From an uncultured Planctomycetota bacterium (GTDB lineage Bacteria; Planctomycetota; Planctomycetia; Isosphaerales; Isosphaeraceae): a stretch of 64,000 nucleotides of DNA. Positions 8,391 to 20,704 of the stretch are shown here, one piece after another (position 1 is the first letter of the stretch; every line of letters starts with the position of its first letter). The position numbers were made by a program, and so were the translations under genes. The notes below the pieces were generated by a model. That model was not told the DNA's origin and searched no databases. It saw nothing but the letters and a program-made list of their open reading frames with translations. The stretch lies in contig CAVTTN010000002.1 in assembly GCA_963737655.1 (NCBI GenBank), positions 4,256,001-4,320,000 of the forward strand, written 5' to 3'.

Positions 8391-11300
8391 ATGCCCCCGA
8401 CGGACCCACCCGCGAGGCCCCGGCCCAGTTGGAAACAGGCGAGCAAGCCCTCGGCCTCCCGGCGCAAGGCGTCGGGCCCGAAGTGGAAGAAGGACGCGGA
8501 AGCCGCGTCCGGAGGGACGGGACGCCGCTCCCGGGCCCTTCGCCTGGTGGGGGCGATCGTCGCGTCCCTGGTCTGTTGCGGCCTGCTGATCTGGATCGCC
8601 CTGTGGCTCCGACCGCTCCGGCCGTCCGGCCTGGTCCTCCTGGGGGCGGGCTATGAGACCGACCTGGCCGTCCCTCCGAACGTCGTGGGCTGGAACGGCC
8701 TGAAGGCCCTGACCGAGCTCGCTCGCCCGTCCCGGACGTCCCGAGGCCGGAGCGAGGCCGCGAGGTTCCAGGCCGCGGGCGACGGCCCCGCCCGGGTCGC
8801 CGAGGGGTCGGCCTGGGATGGCGACCTCGCCCGGGTCGCCGAGAAGACGGTCATCGTCGTCATGGCCATGCACGGCGCGGCCGATCAGCGGGGTCCGTAT
8901 CTGATCCTCGACGACGCCACGGCCGACGGCTCCGAGCGCCATAAGCTGCGGATCGAGGCCGTCCTGAACCGGCTCCGGCCCCTGGCCGAAGGGGGGAAGA
9001 ACGTCGTCCTGGTCCTCGACGCCACCCAGCCCCAGGCGATCTGGCCGATGGGCGTGATCCACAACACCTTCGCCGACGCCCTGAAGGCCATGGAGCCGGA
9101 GATCCTCAAGATCCCCCGGCTGATCGTCCTGAGCGCCAGCGACGTGGACCAGAGGTCGTGGGCCTCCGACGACTGGCGGCAGACGGCGTTCGTTCACTTC
9201 TTGATCGAGGGGTTGAAGGGCGCGAAGAAATCCGACCTGACGGCCTCGCGGAGGACCGACGGCCGGATCGACGCCCTCGAACTCTTCGAATTCGTCGAGG
9301 AGTCGGTGAGGAGCTGGGCGGCCACGAATCGCGAGGCCCTCCAGACGCCCGTCTTGCTGCCGACGGGGGCCGAGGGGCGGCGGAGGGCGTCGCGGATGGA
9401 GCTGGCCCTGGAGCCGTCCTCCTACGTCCCGCCCGACCCCCACCAGACGCCCGACCTGGTCTCCCCCCGGGAGCTCGCCGACGCCTGGGCCCTCCACGAC
9501 TCGTTGAGCAAGGGCGAGCCGAGTCCCGCGACCTACGCCCCTCGCCTCTGGAGGCTGTTCCGGGACAGCCTGCTCCGCTATGACGCGCTGGTCCGGGCCG
9601 GGGAGACCGAGAAATCGCCGAAGCTCAGCGCCGGGCTGAAGCGACTCGCCGAGGAGATCCGCCGGGCGGGGATCGTCGACCTGAAGTCGAGCCGGAATTC
9701 GTTCGCCATGACCGCCGCGACCGGCCGGCCCCGCTCCGGCAACCCCTCGGCCGACGCCCGGTTCCTCGCCCTCTGGAACGACCCGCCCGACGAGGCCGAG
9801 GCCCGCTGGAAAGGGTTCCTCGACGCCGCCAGCAACGAGGAATCGCGCCACGCCTTGAGGCGGATCGTCGCCGAGGCGGCGGTCCGCCGGGCGGCCGACG
9901 ACCCCGGGTCCGACCTGGCCAAGGCCCGGAAGCTCCTCGACCTGGTCTTGCCTCCCGGCGCGCCGGCCCCGGTCGAGGCGCACGACCTGATCCTCCTGGT
10001 CCGCGACCTGCCCGTCGCCCGGCCCCCGGCGGCCCTCCTGGAGACGATCTCCCTGGCGTTGAAGGTCCGGCTCAAGGCCGAGGAGGCGGCGGTGGGGGCG
10101 AGGTCCGAGGAAGTGCGGCCCTGGGTCGCCCCGATCGTCGCGCAGGCCGACCTCCTCCGCCAGACCGGCCGGGACCGGGTGATCTCCGCCGACCCGGCCG
10201 ACTGGGAAGTCGCCAAAAAGGAGCTCTCGGCGGCCGACGCCCTGTACGACAAGGCCCTGGCCTGGGCCTCGACGGTCCGAAACGCCTTCGCCGCGAGGGA
10301 CCAGGCCCTGGCCGACCTGCCGTATTATTCGCGATGGATCGCCTCGGGCCGGGGCTCGACCGGCTCGGCGACGACCCCGACGCCGCCTGGGCCGACCGCC
10401 TGGAGAAGCTCTGGATCGAGGTCCACGGCCTGGTCAGCGACCTGGAAACGCCGGCCGCGGCGCCCGATCGACCGGCCGACGGCGGCCTCGGCCTGGCCGT
10501 TCGGTCGTCGGCCGTGACCGACGGCCTGAAGGACGTGAAGACCCGTTTCGACACGATCTGGAAGGCCAATGAGCCGGTCGCCCAGGGATACTTCTGGGTC
10601 GCCGCCGAGTCGGCCCTGGTCGTCCCGTTCGACGATCCCGCCAGGCGGCTAGACCTGGAAGCCGACGTCCGCCAGGTCGGCCGCAAGCTCCTGATCGGCT
10701 CCGACGGCGGGGGCGGGGCCCGCCAGGGGGTCTCGCCCGAGAAGGCCCGAGATACCGCCCGGTCCCGGGCCCGCCTCCAGGCCCGGATGGCCCTGGCCAT
10801 CCTCGGCAATCGCCTGTTCGAGGAGATGCCCCCGGCCGATGGCCGCGAAGGGCTCGCCCAGGTCCGCGACCATCTCCGGGACGTCCGGTCCGGCGACGAC
10901 TGGTCCAAGCCGATCGACCTGATCGGCCGGCAGATCGGCATGCGATGGCGGGCGATCCCGGCCCTGATCAATCAGAGGGACGCCTCGGCCAGCAAGCCCG
11001 GGACGGCCTCCGCCCGGACCGACCTCCGGGCCGCCGACCGCCTCTCCCGGCAGATCGACGGGGCCCTGGCCGGGGCCGTCGGCGACGACCCCAGCCACTC
11101 CTATCGGGGACTCGTCCTCCGCGACCTCCTGCTGAACCAGGCCGCGAGGACCCTCTCCGACCACTGGTTCAGCGAGGATGAGGCGGCCGACCCGCCGTAT
11201 TATGTCGTCGAGGGCCGCGCCTATCTCGACGAAGCCTCGAAGCTCGACCCGAGGACTTCGCCCACGCCGGACCTCTCCGCGACCCTGGACCTCCGGCTCC

Positions 11301-13449
11301 GGGCCGATGGCAAGGTCCGCGTGACCGGGCCGAAGCGGCTCGTGCTGACCACCGAGAGGGCACTGGGCCTCGCCTACCGCCTGGACGTGCCCGAGGACGG
11401 CGACATCCCGGCCGGCTTCCCGGTCGTCTGGCTCGAGCCCGGCCGCGACCTCTCGGCCGAGGGGCCGTCGTCGGCCCTCCGCGCGGCGGTCCCGTTCGGG
11501 GCCGACGGCTCGCCGCCGATCCGAGGGACCGTGGCCTCGGAGTCGATCCGACGGGCCGAGGAGCACCCGCCGGAGGCCCCCAGGGTCGAGGGATCGGCCA
11601 TCGGTCTCCGGGGCCTCTATCGAGGCCAGGTCATCAAGCTCGACACGGCCGTGTCGGTCCACCCCCTCGCCGAGAATATCCTGGTCCAGGTCCCCCCGCC
11701 GACCCGGGCGAACGTCACCGTCCGGGCCGATCGCGACGTCCTCTCCCGATACGGCAGCAGCGGAGGCTCGCTCGCCATCGTCCTGGATTGCTCCGGGAGC
11801 ATGGGGGCGAAGCAAGGCCCTCCGGCGAAGTTCCAGGAGGCCACCAAGGCCCTCCGAGGGCTCTTGACCAAGGTGTCCCGCGGGACGAAGGTCAGCGTCT
11901 GGATCTTCGGGGAGGCCGTGGGGACCGCCCTGAAGGCCGAGGCCGAGCAGACCATCCGCCAGATGCTCCCGCCGACCGACTGGGACCCCGACGACTCCAC
12001 CGCGATCGACGCCCTGATGACCCGGCTCGAATATCCGGCGATCTATCCCTTCAACGAGTCGCCCATCCTCCGGACGATGATCCTCGCCCGAGAGGACCTC
12101 CGCAACGCGCCCGGCTTCAAGAGCATGATCGTCATCACCGACGGCATGGACAACCGGTTCCAGGACGACCCGGACTACAACCGCCAGAAGAAGGACGTGA
12201 GGACCGCCCTCCGCGACGCCTTCTCCGCCTCGGGGATCGAGGTCAACGTGGTCGGGTACAAGGTCGTCGGGCCGGAGGAAGAGGCCGCGAAGAAGCAGTT
12301 CTCGGTGGTCGAGGACCTGCCCGTCCCCGGGCGGTATTATGACGTGACCGACGCCCGGAAGCTCGCCGTGACCCTCGAACGCGCCCTCCGCCGCCGGCTC
12401 AAGTACCTGGTCGAAGAGCCCAACAACACGATCGTGGAAGGGTTCCCCGAGGGAGGTCTGGACGTGTCGGACCTGGGCGGGGGCGACCGCTGGTTCGCCC
12501 CGGCCTTCGACCCCGGGGGGTTCAAGCTGGTCGTCTCGGCCGACCGGACCCGGGAGAAGCGGATCATCCTCCGCCGAGGCGACCTGCTGCTGGTGGACCT
12601 CCTGGACGACCCCAAGGGCGTCGAGATCCGCCGGGGCCTGTTCACGCAGGATGACGAGCTGTACCGGCTCAAGCCGTCTCGCGAGAACGCGAGGAAGGAG
12701 TGGCGGCTCTCGGCCCTCCAGAACCGCTCGGTCGAGGGCAAGGGCCTCCAGATGATCGCGGCCCTGGAACGGCGGGTCGAGCCCGGGGAGACCGCCCTGG
12801 AGGTCATCCGGCCGAGGATGGCGTGGCTCGAGGCGAAGCCCTCGGAAGACGACGGCTCGGGGTATTCCTCCCGGTGGGGAGTGACCTACGACCAGCCCGC
12901 CCCGACGTGGGGCCTGAATGTGCCGAAGTGGCCGAAGTCGGCCGGGGCGTCGTCGCCGGCCCGGCCGGTCCTGACCGCCTGGTGGAACCCGGATCGCGAG
13001 ACGGCCCCGGCGGGGATCGTCGATCGCCTGGCCGATTACCGCTCGCTTCGCGACCTGACCGACCGGAAAGTCCCCCTGAAGACCGGCGGCGAGGTGATCG
13101 TCGAGTCCGTGGCGATCGAGACGCACCGGGTGGAGGTGGCCCCCGGAGTCCTCGACGATCGCTCGTGCCTGGTCGTCCGGCTCGCCTGCCCCGAGGGCAA
13201 GCCGTTCTGGTCCCGGCCGATGGGCCTGGACGCCGCCGGGTCCGAGCATCGGTTCTTCACCCGGGCGAACAAGTCCACCAGCCTGTTCTGGCCGGTCGAG
13301 CCCGACCAGGCGCTGGCGGGCCTGGCGCTCTACTCGGTCGCCGAGTTCAAGGCGGAGGCCGAGCGGAGGAAGTTCGTCGTGGAGCTCCCCCTCTCGCGCC
13401 GCCCGACCCGTCCGATCGCGGGCCGTTGCCGGTCCGGCTGGGTGAGTAG
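8391..13449 (+). CDS. Giant (~1,685 aa) single-TM protein: pseudo-caspase (C14-like) N-domain, helical middle, vWA domain; frameshifts near 10352 and 13395
   Basis: AGGAGG before ATG 8391; TM LVGAIVASLVCCGLLIWIALWL; MHG / VLDAT / LSAS..DQRS / GRIDALEL / QTP caspase-fold motifs; vWA IVLDCSGSM and VITDG; joins ORFs 8310.., 10334.. and the 3' end of 12700..13449. Confidence 0.75.
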
Positions 13450-13485
13450 CCCCGGAGTCGATCGGTGTCCCCAAGGAATCGGTGA

Positions 13486-16400
13486 GTGCCGCCCATGGAC
13501 GAGCCGACGACGCCCCCGACTCCCCCGCCCCGCCGATGGCGAGGCGAATCCGCGCCGTCTCGGTTCGCGCCCAAGCGGACGAGACGGCGGCGGATGTTCC
13601 CCCTGGCGCTGATGGCCCTGGCGCTGATCGGGGTCCTCGCGGGATTCGTCAGCCTGTTCCGCCGGGCCCCCAATCCCCTGTTCGTCCCCCTGGGAGTGAC
13701 CGAGTACCGATCCCGCCTGATCGCCCATCCCGCGCAGGTGGAGCACGACCTGGAGGCGCTTCGCCTCGGCAAGTACTTCACCCGGGTCGAGGCCGGGGGC
13801 GCCACGGGCGACCGGGCGGGCCTGATCGACGCCCTGGCCGCCCTCCGCGATCGCCCGGCGGGGGAGTCGGTGGTGGTGTACCTGGCGGCCCGGTCGTCGG
13901 TCTCCCCTTCGGGAGAGGTCCAGGTCCTCGCCGCCGACGCCGACCCGGAGGATTCGCGGACCTGGCTGCCCCTCCGCGAGGTCCTCGAATCGTTCCGCGA
14001 CTGCCCGTCGGTCCACAAGCTCCTGGTGCTCGACCTGGCCGACGCCGTGGTCGATCCCGGGCTCGGGCTGATCCTGGACGACGTGGGATCGCGCCTGCCG
14101 GGCGAGCTCCGCGCCGTGGCCGACCCGAATCGGCTGGTCCTGGCGTCGATCGGACCGGGTCAGCGGGCTTATTCGTCGCCCGACCTCGGCCGGACGGCCT
14201 TCGGGTTCTACTTCGAGGACGGCCTCCGAGGCTGGGCCGAGCGCAAGACCGCCGAAGGCCTGCTCGACGGGATCGTGACCGTGGGCGAGCTGGCGGAGTT
14301 CGTCCGCGCCCACGTGGATCGTTGGGCCCGGGCCAATCGCGGGGCCCGGCAGATCCCCACCCTCTACGGGACGGGCCGGGACTTCCCCCTGATCGCCCTG
14401 GAACGGGCCCGGCCTCGGCCCCACATCGAGCCTCCCGGCGACCTCCCGGCGTATCCCAAGATCCTCCACGACGCCTGGGCCAACCGCGACCAATGGAAGG
14501 CCGAAGGGCGGGACCGCGACGCCCCTCGCGCCTTCCGGATGATCGAGGCGCTCCTGCTCGAGGCCGAGCAGGAATGGAAGGCCGGCGCCGACGAGACGAA
14601 GATCAAGGCGAGCCACCTCAACCTGATCCTGGCCTTGAAGGAACGCTTGCTCGGGGCCCGAGAGATCCCCCACCCCCGCCCTCGGTCGATCGCCCTGGCC
14701 GAATCGCTCGGGGCGAAGCCCGACCGGGCGACGGCGGCGGCGCTCAAGGCGCTGACCGTCCGGTGGGACGCGCTGCCCCCGGCCAAGCCGGGCGATCCCC
14801 TGCCCGACCCGGCGAAGTTCGCCTCGGACCTGCTCGCCAGGCAGAAAGGCCGGCCGGAGATCGACCTGGCGTCCGCCGCGTTCGGGGCCGCCGCCGATCT
14901 GGACTCCCCCCGGCCCGAGGCGATCCGGTTCCTCGACGCGGTCCTCGCCCAGGCCCAGCCCCAGCCGATGTTCGTGGAAACGCTGGCCCTCCGCCGGCTC
15001 GCCGAGACCTCGCTCCTGCCCGGCTGGTCGCCCGAGTCGGCCCGGAGGCTCCTGGAGCTGGTCCGCGAGGGGGAAAAGGCCGAGGCGAACCTCGCCAGCT
15101 TCTCCTGGTCGAGCGCCCTGCTCCAGGTCGCTGCGGCCAAACGGACCGACGCCGAGGCGCTGTTCTTCTCCCCGGGATTCGCCCCTCGCGACCGCGCCGA
15201 TCGGCTCGTCCGGCAGGCCCTGGACGGATATCAGCGGGCCCTGGCCCGGGAATCCGCCGTGGACGAAGGCCGCAAGGCCCTGGACGACGCCATCTCCATC
15301 CTGCCTCCCCTGTCGGGGCTGCTCGACGACCAGCCCGACCTCCGACCCTCCTGGGACCGCGCGGTGATCGAGGCCCGGGCCGTGTTCTCGACCGTCGGGG
15401 GCGCGCCCGGGCCGACGTGGATGCCCAGTTGGACGACGTCCGTCCCCGGGTCGCCGAGCTCGCCCGATTCGTCGAGGACCTCCGCAGGCCGACCTCTCCC
15501 CGGGGAGTGGCCGAGGCGATCGAGCGATCGAAGGCGCCCACGGCCGGGGCGTCGTCCTACAACGAGCTGGAAGGCATCCTGAGCAGCCCCCTGCCCCGGG
15601 CCGACGACCGCCTCGCCGTCTGGAACGCGCAGAGGGCGCTCGGCGGCCGCCTCCTGATCGAGAGCCTCTCGGCCGATCGGGTGACGGGCCAGGTCGCGCC
15701 GAGGGTCCGCGAGCCGGATCTCACGATCGCGTCGCTCGAACGAACCGACCGCGAGCGGGCCCTGAGACGCGCCCGGGAATCGATCGACCTCCTGGCCCTG
15801 GGCGGCCTGGACGAGCCGACCCTGGCCGGCCTCCGCGAGGCGGCCCAGGCCGTCCAGCCCGACCTGCCGAACCCGAAACCGCTGGGCGACCTGGCGACGG
15901 CCCTCCTCGTGGCGTGGAAGACCGACGTGCCCGAGAAGCTCGCCCGGCTCCCGGCCGGTCGCGAGAGGCTGGGCTGGATCCTGCCGGGCCTCCGGCTCTA
16001 TCCGGCCATCGATGCCCTGCCCCAGGGCCCGCGGATGCTCCGGCGGATCGACCAGGCCCGGCCGTTGTGGACCTGGCTGGCCTCGAGGTACGAGGCCCGC
16101 GCCTCGGACCTCGACGGCTCCGCCTTCTTCGCCTCCGCCGCGAGGGACTACCGCCCGTTCGGCGAGCCGGCCCGGGTGGCGGCCGTCGAGATCGAAGGGC
16201 CCTCCGGGCCGATCGCCGTCTCGCCCTCGAGGCCGGCGGTCACGACGACCTTCCGGTTCCGGCTGACCTCGGCGGAGGCCCGGGACGCGACGGCGACCCT
16301 GGATCTGCTGACCCCCGACGACGAATGGTTGAGCGTCCGCCCCGAAGGCTCCGCCCCGGGCGATTCGGCCTCGCCGGGCCTGGCGATGGACCTCTCGGCC

Positions 16401-18212
16401 GGGGCCGCCGTGGAGGTGCCCGTCCGCGTCGAGCTCCGGCCCGACGCCGACGCCGCCCGGACCGCCCCGCCCCGCGGCTTCCTCGTCCGCGTCCGCATGG
16501 GGGACCGGACGTTCCATCGAGCCGTTCGGGTCTCGCTCGTCTCACCCCGGGAGCAGGTCCAGATCCTCCTGAGCGCCGACCCCAAGGAGCCGTCGGCCCC
16601 CCGGAATGACCTCCGGGTCCGGCCCACGGCCGAGAGGCTGCCCGTGTTCCTCTACGTGAGGAACCCGTCGGAGAAGGCCCGGACGGTGGTCGTCGAGATC
16701 GCGACCGACGGGGCCGTCCGGGGCGAGACGAAGCTCACCCTGGGCCCGGGGGACACGGTCCCGGCGAAGTTCGGCGACCCGGCGGCGAAGCTCGACCCGA
16801 TCTTGCCCGAGGTCCGCGAGGCGGTGGAGGTCCGGGTCCTGGACGGCGAGAACCGCGCCAACGTCCTCCAGACCCGCCGGTTCCCCGTGGCGATCGCGGC
16901 CCCCCTGGAATACCTGGGAGTCCAGGCGGCCCAGTACGAGCCTCCGTCGTCCGACAACGGCGGGAAGACCCGCCTGAGCATGACGCTTCGCGCCGTCGCC
17001 CCCCTGGGCAAGATCCCCTGCCCGGTCGAGATCGTCCTGCCTTCCGAAAGGATTCCCGGCCTCCTCGCGCCCGGATTGGGCACCTTCCGGGGGATCGTCC
17101 CGGCCGACGGCTCCCCCCTGATCCTCTTCGCCGAGGGTATTCGCCTGGCCGAGGGGGAGGACGAGACGGGTTTCGTCGAGCTCAACGTGGACAGCGTCCA
17201 TCGCGCCGTCGTGTTCCGAACGACCTTCGCCCGGCGGGGCGATCCCACCCTCCTGAAGGCCGAGACCGCGCCGGCCTTGAGGCTCCGGGCGGCCGATCAC
17301 GTCCTCTCCAGCGCGAAGTTCCCGGTGGTGGCCGAGGTGGACAACCCGCCGGCCGGCTCGAAGCTGGAGATCAGCCTCGGCCGATACACCCCGAGGGGAT
17401 TCCGGGCCGACCTGATCGAGGAATTGCCCGAGGCCCGCCGCAAGCACATCGGCTTCCTGCCCAACGGTCCCGGAGGGGCCTTGCTCCTGGAGGCATCCGA
17501 GGGCGATTGGGCGATCGAGCTCGACCCGAAGCGGATCATCGGCGGGCGAGACCTCCGGGCCAGGCTCCTCCGCGCCGATGACTCGGAGATCCTCTCGGTT
17601 TCGAAGCCCGTGGAGCTGGACGACCGGCCCCCTCAGGGCGTCCATCTCTCCGACCTCCCCGCCCGCGCGAAGAAGGGGGCGCCCCTGGCCGTCCGGGCGC
17701 TCACGGGGGCCTCCGAGGGGGAGATCGCCGAGGTCAAGTTCTTCCTCGGCCGACCGGCCGACGGCAAGCCCCCCGCGGGACCTCCGCCCACGCCCGGCAA
17801 GCCCGAGGACGCCGCGCGGACCGTCTGGAGCGCCACTTTGCCCCTGCCGTCCGACAAGGCCGGGCCGACCGAGATCAGCGTCCAGGTCACCAACGCCGTC
17901 GGCCTCAGCGGCTTCGATACCGCCGTGGTGGACCTCGTCGACAACCTGCCCGCGACCCCCGCATCGATCCGAGGGGTGGTCAACGAGGGGACGCGGACCC
18001 AGTCCAACCTCGCCGTGGTCCTGACCGACCCGAAGAACACCGAGGTCCGCCGGACCAAGACGGACAAATCCGGCAAGTTCGCCTTCGAGGACCTGCCTCC
18101 CGGCGCCTACACCGTGACGGCCTCGAAGGAGACGACCCGCACCAAGGGGAGCCAGAAAGTCGAGCTGACCCCGGGGGCGAGGCGAACGGTGGTCCTGGAC
18201 CTGTATCGGTAG
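13486..18212 (+). CDS. Giant (~1,575 aa) single-TM protein: pseudo-caspase N-domain, beta-rich region, C-terminal carboxypeptidase-regulatory-like domain; frameshift near 15400
   Basis: TM FPLALMALALIGVLAGFVSLF; KLLVLDLA, LVLAS..PGQRA, DGIVTVGELAEFV, QIP; C-term TKTDKSGKFAFEDLPPGAYTVTAS; joins ORF 13486..15582 to the 3' part of 13482..18212. Confidence 0.75.
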
Positions 18213-18305
18213 TCGTCCGCCCGCATCCCCGTGGGCCGGGTCGGAGGCGTCGCGGACCCGGAAGGCAGTCCCGGCGGCCCGTCCTCCGGGAGGCGCGGGC
18301 CCGGC

Positions 18306-19925
18306 TCACTTCGGCGAGAGCAGGATGCCCACGCCGATCGAGACGATGATCGTGACGACCAGCCCGGCATATCCAAACGTGGTCCATTTGGAGTAGTCGG
18401 TATCCTCGGCCAGGGCCGAGCGGGTCCAGGAGATGTAGTCCTGGCTCTCCGTGAGCCGGCGGAAGACGCCGGGGACGAAGGCTTGCTGGCGGGCCGGGTC
18501 GGGGCCGGTCCCGACGAGGTAGCAGCCTCCGAGCATCGGCGGGGCGCCCTCGACGAGAGTCCCCCGGATCAAGATCCGGCTGAGCCTCTTCTGGCGGTCG
18601 CGGACGTTCCTCAGGAGCTGATAGAGCTGGACATTCCCCTCGACCGTCTCGGTGAGGTCGGCCCCTCCGGCGGCCTCCACCCTCCAGAGCTTGTCGATCA
18701 TGTCGGGGAAGAGCTTGTTGCCGATCCACTGCACGCCGCTCTCGATCATCGAGGGGACGGCCGAGGGCTCCAGGTCGGGGACGAGCGGGAACCTCTGGCC
18801 CATCCGCCGTTCCTTCTGGCCTTCGGGCAGGCGCTCGATCAGTTGTCGGAAGCCGGGGAGGGCTTCGAGCTCGGTCACGACGACGAAGACGGGGCAGACC
18901 AGGCGGAAGACGTCCCGGGCCGAGGCGAGGTCCCTCTGGAGGATCGTCCCGGCCTGGCTCGCGTCGTCGTCGGAGTCGCACGAGGCCATCGGCAGGAGGA
19001 CGAGGATGCCGTTGATCGGGCAGAACGGCCGGCGGTCGCGGACGATCAGGCGGCAGAGGTGATGGAGGCGGGCCGAGAGCAGGTCGGCCTCCCCCTTGTT
19101 CTTGAAGATCGAGGGCCGGGCTCGGCCGGAGGAGGTCTCCTCGCTGGCCACGAGCAGGCCGATGGCCCTCTTCTCCTCGTCGAGGAGCTGGCCCATGCCT
19201 CGGCCCTGCTCCCGGGCCCGGGAGAGGATCGCCTCGACCGACTTGACCCCCTCGCCCTTGTTGCCGGCGGCGATGGTGGCGAAGGTTTCCTCGGGCGCCT
19301 CGACGGGGGTGGCCGTCTCGATCGAGCCGGGGCCGCCGGTCTCGGCGTAGAGGGCCGCCTGGCGGCCCAGGAGCGAGGCCCCGGAGCAGGTCACGTACAC
19401 GCCGTCGCGGTTGGCGAAGACCCGGACCGGGGCGTCCGACCGCCTCGGCACGCCCGCCACGTCCAGGGGCATCCCGGCGGCCTGGAACAGCGTCTCCTCG
19501 GCCGTCGCCGGCCGGCCCAGGACGAGGAACAGGGGCGTCTCGGTCAGGTCGATCCCGGCGGAGTCCAGCGAGCGGCAGGCCTCGGCCCAGGCGGCGTCCA
19601 CGTCGGGGAAGTCGGAGGATTCCTGCTCGGGCCCCAGCAGCTTCCAGAGGCTCCAGCTCAGCCAGCAGAGGACGTAGAACAGCGCGAAAAGCAGGGGGAG
19701 CCAGACGCTCCGCAGCGCCACCAGCCGGGTCGAGAGGTATTTCTCCAGCCCGAGGGCGTAATTCAGGACGCCCAGGCCGATCAGGATCAGGAGGACCAGG
19801 ACGAGGTGGAGCCCCCAGCGGACGGCCGGGCTCATCCCCCGGCCTTGCCGGGCCTTGGAGAACATTGGCAGGACCAGGCCCACCAGCCCCTTCAGGCCGG
19901 CGGCGATTCGTCGGAGGAACGTCAT
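18306..19925 (-). CDS. tssM: TssM/IcmF, N-terminal cytoplasmic portion only (539 aa)
   Basis: Two N-terminal TMs, PLFLVLG (degenerate Walker A), PINGILVLLP, PVFVVVTELEALPGF, LGGCYLVGTG, terminal TM then stop; follows tssL. Confidence 0.8.
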   Translation of the reverse strand: MTFLRRIAAGLKGLVGLVLPMFSKARQGRGMSPAVRWGLHLVLVLLILIGLGVLNYALGLEKYLSTRLVALRSVWLPLLFALFYVLCWLSWSLWKLLGPEQESSDFPDVDAAWAEACRSLDSAGIDLTETPLFLVLGRPATAEETLFQAAGMPLDVAGVPRRSDAPVRVFANRDGVYVTCSGASLLGRQAALYAETGGPGSIETATPVEAPEETFATIAAGNKGEGVKSVEAILSRAREQGRGMGQLLDEEKRAIGLLVASEETSSGRARPSIFKNKGEADLLSARLHHLCRLIVRDRRPFCPINGILVLLPMASCDSDDDASQAGTILQRDLASARDVFRLVCPVFVVVTELEALPGFRQLIERLPEGQKERRMGQRFPLVPDLEPSAVPSMIESGVQWIGNKLFPDMIDKLWRVEAAGGADLTETVEGNVQLYQLLRNVRDRQKRLSRILIRGTLVEGAPPMLGGCYLVGTGPDPARQQAFVPGVFRRLTESQDYISWTRSALAEDTDYSKWTTFGYAGLVVTIIVSIGVGILLSPK

Positions 19926-19971
19926 CGAGGGCTCTCGCGGTCGGGTCGGGTCGGGTCGGGCGGGCAGGCGG

Positions 19972-20664
19972 TCAGCCGAGTTGCTGGACGGCGAGGAAGG
20001 CGGCCAGGGGGATCAACATCAGGAGGACGACCCCGACGACCATCACCATCGTCCCGAATCGGTCCCGGCCGTGGAGGGGCGGGACGCTGCTCGGCGGCTC
20101 GAGCTCGGGCGGGTAGGGCCACTCCTGGGCCTGGTTCCGGGCCATCTGCGCCCGGGTCGCGGCGACCCACGCCTGGAGCTGGTCGGGCCTCTCGCGGAGC
20201 TCGCCCCGGAAGCCCAGCATCACGCAGAGGAAGAACACCTCGACGGCGTCCTTGCCCGACCTCGCCTCGGCCCGGCGGGCCTGCTCCCAGAACTTCCAGG
20301 CGCGGTCGTTCGTGCCGTAGAGGGCGACCTCCATCTTCTTCTCATTCCACTTCTCGCCCCAGGACGAGTCGAGGATGAAGACCTCGTCGATCCAGCAGAC
20401 CAGGGCGTAGCGGATGCCCAGGAATTGCTGGGCCCCTCTCCCTCGGACGTCCTCGCCCCGGTGGGCCGAGGCCGCCATCGTCTCGGCGCCGCCCTCGCCG
20501 CCGAAATCGCCCCAACGGCGGGCCTCCATCTCCGACAGGAGCAGCCCCTTGAGGGCCGCCTGCTCGATTTCGAATGCCGGCGCCTCGCCGCGCTCCAGCT
20601 TGGCCTTGAGCTGGAGCGCGTAGGAGATCACCGGGTGGACGAGGTTGACGATCGCGTCTTGCAT
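19972..20664 (-). CDS. tssL: TssL/DotU family T6SS membrane protein (no OmpA domain)
   Basis: YALVCWIDEV, W..KKME..LYGT, EVFFLCVMLGFRG, C-terminal TM; between tssK and tssM. Confidence 0.9.
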   Translation of the reverse strand: MQDAIVNLVHPVISYALQLKAKLERGEAPAFEIEQAALKGLLLSEMEARRWGDFGGEGGAETMAASAHRGEDVRGRGAQQFLGIRYALVCWIDEVFILDSSWGEKWNEKKMEVALYGTNDRAWKFWEQARRAEARSGKDAVEVFFLCVMLGFRGELRERPDQLQAWVAATRAQMARNQAQEWPYPPELEPPSSVPPLHGRDRFGTMVMVVGVVLLMLIPLAAFLAVQQLG

Positions 20665-20704
20665 GACGAGGGGTTTCCTCCCGGTCTCGCTGCCCGAGGC
20701 GAGA

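Noticed and set aside
8163..9983. Apparent 600-aa N-terminal extension of VgrG (ORF 5970..9983)
   Set aside because: It is the antisense shadow of the 8391 gene; VgrG similarity starts at MPSFES (8162)
13482..15400. Arg/Pro-rich first half of ORF 13482..18212
   Set aside because: Off-frame reading; the real N-terminus is in the 13486 frame up to the frameshift
19939..19960. (GGTCG)4 tract between tssL and tssM
   Set aside because: Too short to support phase variation; unremarkable at this GC content
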